NCBI GenBank assembly: GCA_905178155.1
Contig: CAJINV010000023.1
Location: forward strand, 174,718 to 211,477
Direction: 5' to 3'
DNA from: Amoebophrya sp. A120
Lineage: Eukaryota > Protista > Dinoflagellata
DNA length: 36,760 nt
The notes beneath the pieces are model-generated. The model did not search any database. It saw only the letters and a list, made by a program, of their open reading frames with translations, and had not been told where the DNA came from. Below are positions 1 to 12,500 of this stretch, piece after piece. Position numbers and translations under genes: made by a program. Positions within the stretch are counted from its first letter, which is position 1. Each line of letters starts with the position of its first letter.

Positions 1-513
1 AAGCAAAAACGAACACGAGCATACCCTCGGAAACACGGAATCACTTTTGCAATTTTTCAATAAAAATAGGCGAGCTTATTCTCCGGCGCTCTCCGATGTG
101 GAGTCTAGGCAAAGACTTTGCGAAACAGCACCTGTAGCAGAAAGCTGTTGCTTCTTTCTCATCCTCGTCAAACATTGTTTTCTTGCCTTTCGGGGGTCCT
201 TTTTGAAGCAAAAACAAACACGCGCATACCGCCGGCAACGCGGAGGCCTTTTTGCGCCTTTTGACTAAGCAGGCGCACTCGACCCACTTCCGTACTGGAA
301 GCATGATATCACCTTGCATTTGGACTTGCTGCAATAAAAGCAGTAAAAAATTATCAAAGTCGTGGTCTGCAACTCGCTAGTCTAGTTTGGCACTTCATTG
401 AATAAGATGCTACTGCTAGCTGCGGCTGCGGGCCGCTCTAGTGCAAGTGCTTGGTAAAGAAACAAGTTTTCATCTTTTTTCAACTCGAGGAATCGACGAA
501 CAAGCACGAAAAG

Positions 514-3500
514 ATGCAGGTGGAGGTGAGTCTGACGCGGAACCGGAATCTTACCGGCTCTGAGCTGATTTTGAAAAACCTAACGTCCACAATCACCTGC
601 GGAAACAGACAGCATACGGCGAGTCTGTACCATGAGGGGCAATATGAAATGCAAAAGCATCGTACTAGTATAAATTGCATGACAAATTCCCTCAGCATGA
701 AAAATGAAACTTGTAATGCGGATTTAGATTAGGAGGGATATTTGTAATGCATGATTGCGATTACTACGAGTACGATACTTTTGCACAGGATAGGCAAGTG
801 TTCAGCTTCGAGGAGGAGCAGCAGCAGATATGCATTGCAAACATATATGTCTGGGAGGATTAGAAACTTGTCTTGCTGATACTCGCATTGCAGTGTGGCC
901 GCTTGTACGGCAGAACAGCATCAGAAGTTTTTCAGGCTCGATGTAGCGGGGGATTCATCAACATTCATAAAGAGCAACACAAACTGGTTTCCAGCATGAG
1001 AAAATCACTAGCCAATCGTATTACTGCATCGTAGATCCTCTTGTCCTTCAACTATCGCATCACAAAATTTCCAGACCCAGACTACACATTTGCAATGCAT
1101 AACAGACCCTGGTGCTCCAAATTCAAAATCAGCAGACCAATATCCTGTGCAAAAGTATCTGATACTCGTATTGCAATCATGCATGCAGTCCACTGAATTG
1201 TCGTATAGACTGAGTTGTAGCAGAATACGAAAGCAAAGCGAAGCGAAGCTTACAGCGTATTGTATACCGAGCGAGCGTTTTCAAAGCAAGAACACGATTG
1301 CAAGCGAATCGCTTAAGCCTAACCATTTTGACCCTTCCGTCGTATATTCACCAAATCCCAAACAATGGCGAGCTCTCTGAATTGTCGCACCCCGAAGCAA
1401 TTCAACGTAGAAAATCAATGCAGCCTAGCGCAGCCGCTCAATGATATAGCGCAGGGGAGCACCAGAAAAAGCTGAAAAAGTAAAAAGCTAAGGGATTATG
1501 AGCAAGCGTTGCGTGAGCAGATTCAGAGAAAAACTCTGGCGCCTCGACGCGCAGCTTGCATGACAAAAATGAAAATGAGGAAGGAAAGCCTGCGCTTTCG
1601 CGCACGGAGCGCGATCTGTTGTTATCAGCGTTGCATCCGTAGTTGCAACGAGAACAAGAGCAAACGAAGCAGAAGTTAGCTTTTCTAGCGAAAATAACAG
1701 CAGAACGAGCACGAGAGTAAAGTAGAGAATACGAAAAAACGAAGACTATACTCGAAGAACAAGAAGTTAATAGTTGAGTGTGAAAATAAAGGAAATAATA
1801 ACAAAACGAAGACAGTAGATGCAAAAAAACTGCGCATGTGGAGTCTTGGAAGTGCAGCTGCTGGGCAGGTTGGTCGAAGCGGAGGCAACAAATCAACTTG
1901 CTTGGTGCGCTGCACTTCATGCTGTGTCTATATCTTCCGAAGGGCTATGCAATAACTAAACGAACGTAGGAAGAAACAACGAAGAACGACACAAACAGAA
2001 GAAGTCTATGAACCGAGAATAAAGGTGTTTGAGCCTTGACAAGAACAGTGCTTGTCATGAGAAGTAAAAGGGGCAAACTGGCAAAAAAAAGAGCGAAATA
2101 GCGTAAAGACACTTGCCGCGGCGCAATTGTAAACACAAAAAAAGAGACGAAGAGCCTACGCTTCTACATTCTTAAACGCAGACAAGGACCGGCGACCCTC
2201 CGAAGCCGAGGACGTGGAGGCCATGCGGTGAAGCTCTTGCAGCTCCGGCGGGGCGCGCGGCTCGATTGTAGTAGTGCGCCAAGTTGTTGGCATTCGCAGA
2301 AACTGGCCCCCCTGGAAATTTCTGGTAAGCGCCAGCGGGATAAACACAACGCAAGGGCAGCGCTGCGCACGCCACCACGCCATGGGCGCCGCTTCATAGA
2401 TGCGCCAGATGATGCTGACCCCTGTGACCCCTTCGATGCGAATTCGAATGCCGCGCGTAGCAGCCTCGACCCGACTAACGGACCCGCGTATGTTCGTTGG
2501 GGTTTGTCGCGGGCCCGCCGTTTCCAGTTCAGCAACGTCAGCGTAGGCGTTTGTTTGCGGATATGCCGTGCCAATTTGCCGCGGCAGCGTTTTTCTTTGT
2601 ACCAAAAGCGAAAAAAGAGACGCAAGCAAGCCCGCGGGGTAGGGCGGGTTTCTGCATGCAAATGGGCGCGCGGCGCCACAAAGAAAACGCGGCGCGGTAA
2701 ATTGGCGTGGCATAGCAATGGCAGCGAGCCTGTTCCGAAAACGCGTTCCATTGCGGGATCCACGGCAACGACGGCCGAAAGGTCGCTTCCTGTTCCGGAA
2801 GGCGCTGCCGCAGTCGGGGGCCCTGCGGGTGCTCTTGGCTGCACGGGCGCCGAAGGCGGCAAAGCGGTGGGCGGGGCTGCGTTGGGGGGGGGCGGCTTTG
2901 GTGCCGCATGGCTTTCGAGCCCGCCGGGGCAGCGCTTCACATCCTTCCACGGGACGTCCTTCAACGACGTTTCCCGCTTTTTGCCAGCAAGCACGCCGTC
3001 GCTGCGAGCATCAATGCCCAACGACTTCAGCTTGGTAACGACGTACGGACCCAAGAATTTTTTCGCGAGCCCGGGGCCTTTCTGGCGGTTTCGGCACAAA
3101 ACGCGTTCCCCAATTTTGAGCTTTTTGATGTCCTTGAGCCTGCTGGCATCGCCGCGGAGTTGGAAAAAGCGCTTCCGGTTCGTGAGCGCCTTCATTTTAA
3201 GGGAACTGCGCAGCGCGTTTGCGGCGGGGTCGCTTCCCGCGTTGTCGCTGCTGTCCGCTGCGTCGTCACTGCTTGTTTCCCCCTGCCGCCCAACCGGCTC
3301 CGCCACTTGTGCTTGCGGCCCGTTTTTCTTTTCTGCTTCTGCGCTGGCTTCGCTGTTGCCAACGATTTTCGGGGGCGCACGCGGCACGGGGTGAAGGGTG
3401 GCTTCCGTTACGTCTCGCAGGGGCCGCAGGAACGTCGCCAAATGCCGGGCAGCCGGAATGCGCCGGCTCCTGGTGGTGCGGCGGTTCAGGGCAGCAACGC

Positions 3501-6500
3501 ACGCCGTGTGGTGTCGCACCCAATCCCCTTCCCCGCCCCTCTTTCGCAGCTGTTGCTTCAATTGCCCATTATAAGACTCAGTGGCCCCGTTGGATTGTGG
3601 ATGCGCCCGGGGGCTCTCCCGGATGTCCGTGCGAAACGCTTGCCCCGCGGCGCTATCCGCCACAAAAGTGGCGCAGCGGTGGTCTCGGGTCAAGCACGTG
3701 CATTGGCTCCAGTCTTTGATCTTTTGCAGCTCGGTACCCTTGTCAATGTTCAGATGATCCGGGACCCCGTGTTCCTCCACCATGTCCAGATAGGCTTGCT
3801 TTACTTCTTCGGCCTCGAAGCTGGTTAGCAGTTTGGAACACACGGCGCCGGTGGTGAGGCAGCACATATTCAGACAGCCGACGAACTTGGTGCCCGCGTG
3901 TTTGCCGCGGTGGGCCGAATTCTCGCAAGGGGTGCAGATGATGCAATCTATTCCGGCCCAGCACGTATACATCGGAAAAGTAGCCCCCCACAATAACCGC
4001 AACGCGCCGCTGCGTGCAACACTCAAAAAAGACGGCGCGCTCTGTGTAGCTTGGCGCTTTCTCTTAGATTTGCGCGCCGCGTGTGGTTGCGGTTACGGGA
4101 GGCGGGGCACTTTTCCACAGGATAGGCGAAGGGGCGTAGCGATTCGTTGGCGGGGTCCCCAAGCGCCGCCAGCGTGGAACTGGCGTAGCTGTCCTGCTGC
4201 CTTGGCGCCGTTTCTTCGTTTGCCGCGCAAGCTTCGCACGCCTGCACTGCCTGCCGGGCACTTTCCTTGAAGCCGCACCATGTGAAACCTAGTTGCTGGA
4301 TGCCCGCCGCGGTCGCATCTACCCCCCCATGGGATCGCAAGTGGGCAAGGGCCGCGATGCGTTGCTTTTCAGCTTCGTCACCGGCGGGCACTACCGTCAA
4401 CCAATCAGGATACACCAAAAGCGCCTCCGTGGATTTGCGTCCATAGCCCTGAAACTCCGCGCGGACCTGCAGCTTGCTAGTGCCTGGGGCCAGGCGAAAA
4501 TAACGGGCCTTGTCCTTCCACCACTTGCGCTGCCGAGCGGTGAGCCCCAACGCCTTGCAGGCCGCCCTGACGTCGGCAGCTGCCAACAGCGTTTCGATCG
4601 TGTCATCGGGCAAAGAGAAATTTTTACCGGCGTTCGACTTACGGCCCCGCTTCAAAGGCGGGGGCGCGCACTCGCTTGAGTCCGAAACGCTTCCCAAATC
4701 GCCCTGCTCCGAATCGCTTGCGGCCGCAACAACCTCAGGCGGCAGCGGCGCGGATGCATTCAGCTCCGCGGGGCGCTTTTGCGGAGCATAGCCGGCGTGC
4801 TTTGGTTCTAGCGCCTGCGGATCATCTCCTATCGAGTGCTTCTCGGGGCCATTTTTGGCAGGCGCGTTTGGCTTTAGCGCTGGCGCGCTCGTTTCCGTGC
4901 CCTGCTTCTGGCAACCCGGGTCACCCCCCGCCGCCCCTGTTTCTGGTGCCTGCGGTGCTGCTTCCGCTTGCGCCGCCGGCCTCGCGCTGCTGCCTCGCGG
5001 GGATGCGCTGGGCAAAACATAGGCGTCATAGTGGCGGCCATCGTACTGCAAGCGGATTTCCGTCGTGCCGGCTCCAATTTTTTGAAACCTTACGGCGGAG
5101 CCGGGGGCGGGCTCGATGCAGATCGTGAGGCCCATCACCTGGGCGGCAGCTTCCAGAAAGGCGTGCCCAAGCCACACGGTTGCGGCTGGATGCAGCAGCT
5201 TCTCCAACCAGGACAGCCACTGGCTTTGCTCTTCCAGGACGCCGCGCCCCGCCGGTTCGTCAGCCCCATACTCCCCCACCCAAAACGGACCAAGCTCTTC
5301 GCTATGCCAATGCGCAACACACCCCCTTCCCCTTTTTTTCCTCCTTTGGCCTCGGTGATTGGCGCCGGGCCAAGCACCATCACAAGCGCCTACCATATGC
5401 CGGCCCGACTCAGAGCGGGTAGTCTCTGGCGCATTTTTGCCAGAACAACGGCAAACCGCCGAAGAACTTGAAAAAAAAAAACCAAAGGGCCGGCAATTCT
5501 GTGCGGAACGGAGAACAGCATCACAAATTTGGCCCGTCGTCTTTAAAGAGGGGGGGGGGGGTGTTGCGCGGTGCCATAATCACGCTTCCCGGCCATGAAA
5601 CCTTCCACCAGCTGCTTCACCTTCGGCATGCTGATACCCGTGGCCGCCGCAATGGAGAGAGGGCAACAGTTGCCGTTCCCCGCAATTTTTTGCAAAACCG
5701 CCTCTCCAGTCGTAGGCGCATCCTGTGCAAAACCCCCCCCCCCTCAAGATCACGGCGCGCCTTTGTCATGCTGTTTGCAACATTTTCCCGGAATTTTTCG
5801 GAAAAATCCGGGGAAAACTGTAAAAGGCCGACAAAATTCGGGCCCTGCGTTTGCGACAAGGAGGGGGGGGGACTATTTTCTTCGCCATATTTTGCCGGGG
5901 CGGCGCCGCTGTGGGGCCCGCTCGCGTGTTCCCCCCGAATCCATTCCACCCGGCAAAGCCATCCCATTTTTCCCGGTTTCGGGTTCCGGCTGCCGGGAAG
6001 GCGGCCGGGCTGACCCGCACGGTTGGCATTCGCGTCGCCGCCCAGGAGGGGCACCATCACGGTGCGGAAGTCTTTTTCGGCCTTTGCGCCCCCCTCCACC
6101 TTGTACCAACCCTGCCAGCACGTTTCTGATGTGCGGGTGACAAATCGGCCTATAAAAATGAAACTTCCCCCCGCCCCGAACTTAGACTCGAAATCTGTCA
6201 TGCAGATTTGTGGCCACAAATCAGATTTGTCATGCTAGAACAAAAAAAATGCAAACTGTAGAGCTGGTTCTCATGAAAAGTCCTTGCATCTTCAGCATGA
6301 CATCGGGCAGCTAGAAGTGCGAAACAACATGACAAATTCGCTGCAAATGAGGCCGCAGCTGCGTCTCTTGGCCTTCTAGCATTACAAGCCGGCCTGACTG
6401 TGTACTCAAAAGCAGCATTACAAATGTCGTTTTTGATATGGGGAGGGGGGTTTTTCATTCTAATACGGCAGCGGTGGTCTTCCTTGGCCTTTTCCACCGT

Positions 6501-9500
6501 CGCCGGCGAAACATTGTCGAGATCGACCAGAATCCACGCCGAGTTGGTCGGCCGAAAAAAATAATGAAACGCCCGCCCCAATTGGTCCGGCCGCCACTCC
6601 CGGGGCAACAAGATCTGGTCCATGACGAGAGTGCCTGTGGAAAATAAAAGCGAAAAATAGCAAAGGGGAGCGACGTGGAAACGAAGGCACATATCACAAA
6701 CGCTATAGAGGCTTGCCCAAGCAAAAGAACCTCCCAAAAAAGTTAACAAAACCACTACGAAAAAGGGCCGGAAACCAAAAACGATAAGCATACCGCCGCC
6801 GCCGCGCACTGGCTCCGTTGTTGTTGTCAAAACCAACTTTCGAAGCCCCCCGATGTCCGGGCAAAACTTGAGGACCCGCGCCATGTCCGAGGTCAAGGCG
6901 GCGGGGTCCAGGTCGTCCGTCACCAGCCCTTCGGACGTGTAGCGGTATCCCGGAAAAACGGACGGCGACCCCAGAACAGGGGGGGGCGGGGGGGGGGTGT
7001 TGTTCGCGCGCAGTCCCCCGCCGCGCCCGCGTCCGTCCCCGTCCGCTTCGGCCTTGCCCGCCTCCGACTCGCTTCCCGGGTCGGAGTCCGCGAGCGAAGA
7101 AGCTGGGCCCGCGTCGAACTTCGGCACCGCTGCCGCCGGTAGGGGGGGCGGGGCGGCCTTTTCGCCCTTTGGGCCCGGAGCACTGGGGGCCGGATCTTGT
7201 AACCAAGACACGTCCAAAACACTGCCCGCGCCGCTGTAGGGAAAAGCCGCCATCAGGTCGGCGTCGCGGGTTTTTTTGGCCACGTTGGCGGCAAAACTTT
7301 TCTGGCCCGGGCTGTAGGGCTGCGCCTCTTCCGACGCCGTAGCCAACATCCCTCCCAGCATGCTGCAACATCATGAAAAAAGCGCGCCCCAGCCGCGAAG
7401 GGCCGCCGGCGTCTGTGATGGGCGGAAATGCGAAAAAAACGAAAACGCCTGCCATGCCTAACATGCTGCCCCTGCTTCGCAAAGCCAGCGGCGCGCTTTT
7501 TTTCTGGGGGATATTTTTTCCTTCGGGTTCAACGTCTTCCCCAGGTCCCGAAGCTTGGCGAAGTTCGCCCAAAGGCGGCCCACCTTCAGGGCCGTAAGCC
7601 GCAGGCGCCGGCGCTGCGTGTCCGAGTAGGCCACCCGGTCGCCCATGTCGATCCAGCCCGCGGGGGTCAGGCGCGGCGGAAAGTTGCCCGAATCCCCGAA
7701 GCAGAATTCGGAATCGTCCGCATCCAGAAAGCCAGCGGCCGCCAAGGCCTTGGCCCGGTCGTAATCGCCGCCCACCGAAACGATTGCCATGGTTTGCAAG
7801 GCGAAATCGAAAAAATGCAAGAAGGAGAAAAACGCGAAACAACGAAAAAGGTAGAGAAGCCAGAAACGTAGCAAGCTAGTGCGTGGCTGGTATTTTTTTG
7901 CTTAGTAGGGAAGAGGTTTTTTGTGGTTAGTGCGCTCGTTTTTCGTCCGAGGTCGACAAGTTGTTTTTTTTTTGGGTAGCGTGTTCTTTTTTCGTCTGAA
8001 CGAGACAAATTGAAGTTGGGCACTGTAGTGAAGATGAAACAAGAAAAAAATAGTATAAGCAAGAGCCACAAAGTCGCGATCGTATGACTATCACGTGATT
8101 GCTCACATGATAGTCATGTGATTTTGGACCCCCATAAGCCAATTTGAATTGTTTCGATCACGTGATAATCAAATGATTATCACATGATAACCGACCCAGG
8201 ACGAAAATTACATCTGTCGCACCATATGACAGATCCCCCGTCATACTTACGCACGAAAAGCAAAAAACATGAACGAAACGCAACGAAAACGGCAAAAGAA
8301 CGAAGACCGAGCGTATATACAATACGATGACAATTCAGATTGTACGAAGCCATGCCGAAAAATAAAGTGAAAAAAGCAATTCAGCGTGGCGCAACTCAGA
8401 TTACTGCATGCATTACAAATTTTTTTCTCAAGGTAAATCCACATTACAAATTTAATTTCTCATGCTGAGGAAATTTGTAATGCATTTATACGAGTACGAT
8501 ACTTTTGCAATGCATAACCAAGACCATGATGTACGTGCGCACCATTCCGCTAAAACAAGTGTTGCAGCACTGCCAGCAGATCAACGGCCCATTTCTGAAT
8601 TGGGTGCCAGTCTACACACCCGGAGACCCGTCAGACCAACGTTTTGATGTCCGACACCCAGCAGAAGACCACGAGCCGCAGGTCTACCTGTCGCTGAAGA
8701 TGTACGCGCGGAGCTCCTACAACAACGCGCTGCCCCCGGGTTCTGGCCAAAACCTCAGGAACATGATGCCCGCAAGCGGCGGCGGTTACTTTCCTCCCGA
8801 AAGAACGACTTCCAGTGCGGTAAACCAAGTGCCACCCCATCCGCCGCAGCCGATGGGCGCAGCAGCAGCAGCTTTCGCGCCCAACTCTCCGCAGAATAGC
8901 AATCCGGGAGTTGGCAGCTACGGAGGTGCAGCCAACATGATTGTGCCAGGCAACATATGCACTGTAAAAGTATCGTATTCGTATAAATTATGCACTGCAA
9001 ATTAGCTCAGCATCACAAATGGAATTTGTCATGCTGATTTACCTTAGCGTGTAGATTTGTAATGCATAATTGCGATTACTACGAGTACGATACTTTTACA
9101 CTTGATAAAACATCCAGCGTAGGAACTCCACTTCCCGGGGGAACCACCCGCAGTCGCCGCCCCAGTCCTCCGAACTGCTCGCAAATAACTATTATCGTGA
9201 GAAAAAATAAGTATAGACAGTTACACATTATGTTGCAGGAGCCACAGACAGAGACAACCTCTGTCATGCAGGAGATGCTTGCCAACCTCATTCCTTTCGT
9301 GTTTTCCCTTATAGTCCGCGCATCACAGGTTTTCCTCGCCATGTCGAGCAACTCGGTGATGCAGAAACTCCAGCAAATGTGTAACTGAAACAGTTTTTTC
9401 CTGTGATACCTATCGCGGGCAAACTACTATCACGGCGGGGGCGCCGCCCGGCGGTCTTGCAGCTGGTGCAGCAGGCGCATCGGCGAATAACTTCGTCCTT

Positions 9501-12500
9501 GAGCACCAACAATTTGGCGCCCAGGTCGGCGGCCAAAACAACCTGCAGAACCAGCCCGCACCAAATATGTACTCGACCCGCCCGCAGACGCACGCGCACC
9601 TGGTCGGGGGACCTGGTGCTCCGCCACACGTCGTCGCGCGGCAAGTGCTAGAGGAGCAGACGCAGTTGCCACAGTCGACGCCATCGTTACGGAGCAACAA
9701 TCAACAGCAGACAGCTCCGGCCACGCTGAACGACGCAGACCTTTCGGAAGCGAAGTGGATGGCCAATCACATCCAGCGCCACATGTATCAAATGGAAATA
9801 TGTCTGGGTCTGGAAATTTCTTGTGATGCAAATCTGTGAATGGTGGGCTCACTACAATATGCAGCCAAGCATGTTGACAAGTTTTTGCAGTGCCATGCGT
9901 TTCGTTTTCCGCATGGCAAGCTGCGTTTTTGCACGACAGGCAAGACGACCCGTTCCTGCTTACGCATCACGACAGATCTAAGAGTGATGCCAGACAAGCA
10001 TGACAAGTCCTGCATTCTTCCAGACCCAGACATTTTTGCAATGCATAACATGGCGCAGTCCGCGATCCAGCAGCAGGCCGTCGAGAAGCTGCTATCGCAA
10101 GGAAACATCCCCCCTCCCCATATTGACGAGGTAGGTTTTCGAAAATTTGTGTTGGTTGATTTGTGACCACAAATCGTGTCTGTCTTGCAGGACTGCGACT
10201 CCACCGGCTCCGCCGCATCAATTACGCAGGCGGTTTGTCATGCCGTTGGGCCTACAGCGCGGACGTTTTTCATGCTAAGCGCCTGGCCTAGGTGGAAGAG
10301 GAAGCCTCTCTACTCAGGCTTGATATGGGTCCGCAGTCCTCTCCAGCAAAAAGACAAGCCGACTTCTGGCCACGTCAAAGCAGCGGCACAAGTTTTCTTT
10401 TCGATATGTGCTGGGGAATTTTTCCTTTTGATAGCTGCAAAACAAAAACAAGAGCCTCGAGCAGCAGTATCAAATGTAAAAATGTCTGGGTCTGGAAGAG
10501 TCATGCTGTTTTTGCATGACACAGAAGGTCTGGCATGGAAGCTCTAGCATCACAGGTTTCGAGAACCTTCCGCAATGCCGAATCCGCATGACAGGTCCCC
10601 TATTTTGCTGGCAAAAAGTGGGAGCTTTTGCTGCGTATGCATGAGAGACTTTTCTGTGTTCTGAAATACGCATTACAAGTTGCATTCTTCCAGACCCAGA
10701 CATTTTTACATTTGGTAAGCAGGTGCAGACACTGAAATCCGAGTATCAAATGCAAAAATGTCTGGGTCTGAAGGAGGAGAACTTTGTCATGCACATTTTC
10801 CATGATCCATGATGTCTCTGATGTATGCCATAGCATCACAGATTTTTTGAGCGCCTATCGATGCGCATCCTGCATGACAAACCAATACACTCTCCACGTA
10901 GCCAAATTTGACTCCTCTTGCTGCTCATGCAATGCAGATTTTTTTAGCATCCAAATGCAGCATCACAAGTTTCTTTGGCTCTTCCAGACCCAGACATATT
11001 TGCAATCCATACCGAGCTGCAGATGACGAAGCACGAAGCAAAGATGGAACTCGAGAAGGTAGAGACGCGGGTGAAGGCAAAGCTGACGCAAGACCTGGCG
11101 GCCGAGCGCAACGAGTGGATTCGGATCAATATATCAAATGCAAATATGTCCGGGTCCTCTGGAAGGATGCAAGCTTGTGTTTGTGATGCGAAGATCACAT
11201 CACATGAAAATCTCTCGTGCCTGGACACGTTGCCCGAATCATTGTCACGGAAGGAGGAAATAAAATCTGTCTTGCGGATTAGGCATTGAAAAGCCTTCCA
11301 AAGTTTTGTGATGCTGGGGCTTGCTTGGCAGACGAGATGACCTTCTGGGTCATGCAAAAACAGCATGTCAGACATCTGCACTCATCGAGAGGACCCATAT
11401 GACATATCTGTATTTGATACAACACGGAAAAAAGCGATTTGCTTCAGCAGGATCTGTATGAATTGAAAAAGTATCGAACTAAGTCTAGTATGAATTGAAA
11501 AAGTACTTCTCACGCCCTTCTTGACACAGATCCGCGTGGGCATTGCCAGGAAGGCTCTTGCGTGTCAAGAAGGTTCCGCTAGCTCGTGTTTCGTTTTCAG
11601 GGGTCCAAAGTTTTTTTGTTCTTCCAGATGCAGCATTACAAGGTTTGAAATCGCTCAAAATTTGAAACACGAGCTAGCGCGCCCTTCTTGACACAGAGCC
11701 GCGCGGGCATTGACAGGACGGCTCTTGCGTGTCAAGAAGGTGCCGTTAGCTCGTGTTTCGTTTTCAGGGTTCCAAAAATGTTTTGTTTTTCCAAATGCAG
11801 CATTACAAAATTTGAAATCGCTCAAAATTTGAAACACGAGCTAACGCGCCCTTCTTGACACAGAGCCGCGCGGGCATTGACAGGACGGCTCTTGCGTGTC
11901 AAGAAGGTGCCGTTAGCTCGTGTTTCGTTTTCAGGGTTCCAAAAATGTTTTGTTTTTCCAAATGCAGCATTACAAAATTTGAAATCGCTCAAAATTTGAA
12001 ACACGAGCTAACGCGCCCTTCTTGACACAGAGCCGCGCGGGCATTGACAGGACGGCTCTTGCGTGTCAAGAAGGTAGTACCGCTAGCTCGTGTTGCGTTT
12101 TCAGGGTTCCAAAAAGTTTTTGTTTTTCTAAATGCAGCATTACAAAGCTTGAAATCGCTCAAAATTTGAAACACGAGCTAACGCGCCCTTCTTGACACAG
12201 AGCCGCGCGGGCATTGACAGGACGGCTCTTGCGTGTCAAGAAGGTAGTACCGCTAGCTCGTGTTGCGTTTTCAGGGTTCCAAAAAGTTTTTGTTTTTCTA
12301 AATGCAGCATTACAAAGCTTGAAATCGCTCAAAATTTGAAACACGAGCTAACGCGCCCTTCTTGACACAGAGCCGCGCGGGCATTGACAGGACGGCTCTT
12401 GCGTGTCAAGAAGGTGCCGTTAGCTCGTGTTTCGTTTTCAGGGTTCCAAAAAGTTTTTGTTTTTCCAAATGCAGCATTACAAAGTTTGAAATCGCTCAAA

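Larger units (their letters stand above)
1184..8408 (-). mobile_element. Ginger-like DNA transposon (7,225 bp) encoding a primase-OTU-integrase polyprotein, nested in an introner
   Basis: It interrupts a family-A introner at ...caatcaTGCA|ttacaaa, with TGCA duplicated at 1180-1183 and 8409-8412. Left end TGCAGTCCACTGAATTG versus reverse complement of right end TGCAGTAATCTGAGTTG (13/17 match). CTGARTTG repeats subterminally at both ends. The interior is GC-rich and carries an integrase gene. Confidence 0.88.
1141..8516. mobile_element. Introner family A carrying the 7.2-kb transposon
   Basis: DR accaa/accaa; the two halves rejoin to a normal ~150-bp family-A element. Confidence 0.9.

Noticed and set aside
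639-793. Reading all introners as GC/GT-AG introns
   Set aside because: This works when the DR starts with GG plus C/T (ggcaa, ggcgg, ggcca, ggtac) but fails for most DRs, so it is not the general rule.
2228-3828. Long + strand ORFs (388 and 306 aa)
   Set aside because: They are antisense shadows of the GC-rich integrase exon and show no motifs.
4023-4130. Ribosomal frameshift between the H2C2 and DDE ORFs
   Set aside because: The frame change is fully explained by the TIR-bounded intron 3966-4124.
1184-8408. LTR retrotransposon or Polinton
   Set aside because: No long direct terminal repeats, RT, RNase H, gag, PolB, ATPase or capsid motifs were seen. The element retains introns and has a 4-bp TSD.
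1184-8408. This transposon as the mobiliser of the introners
   Set aside because: The ends and TSD differ (TG..CA with 4 bp versus TA..TA with 5 bp), and its end motif CTGARTTG differs from GCATNACAAA. The link is unsupported, though not formally excluded.
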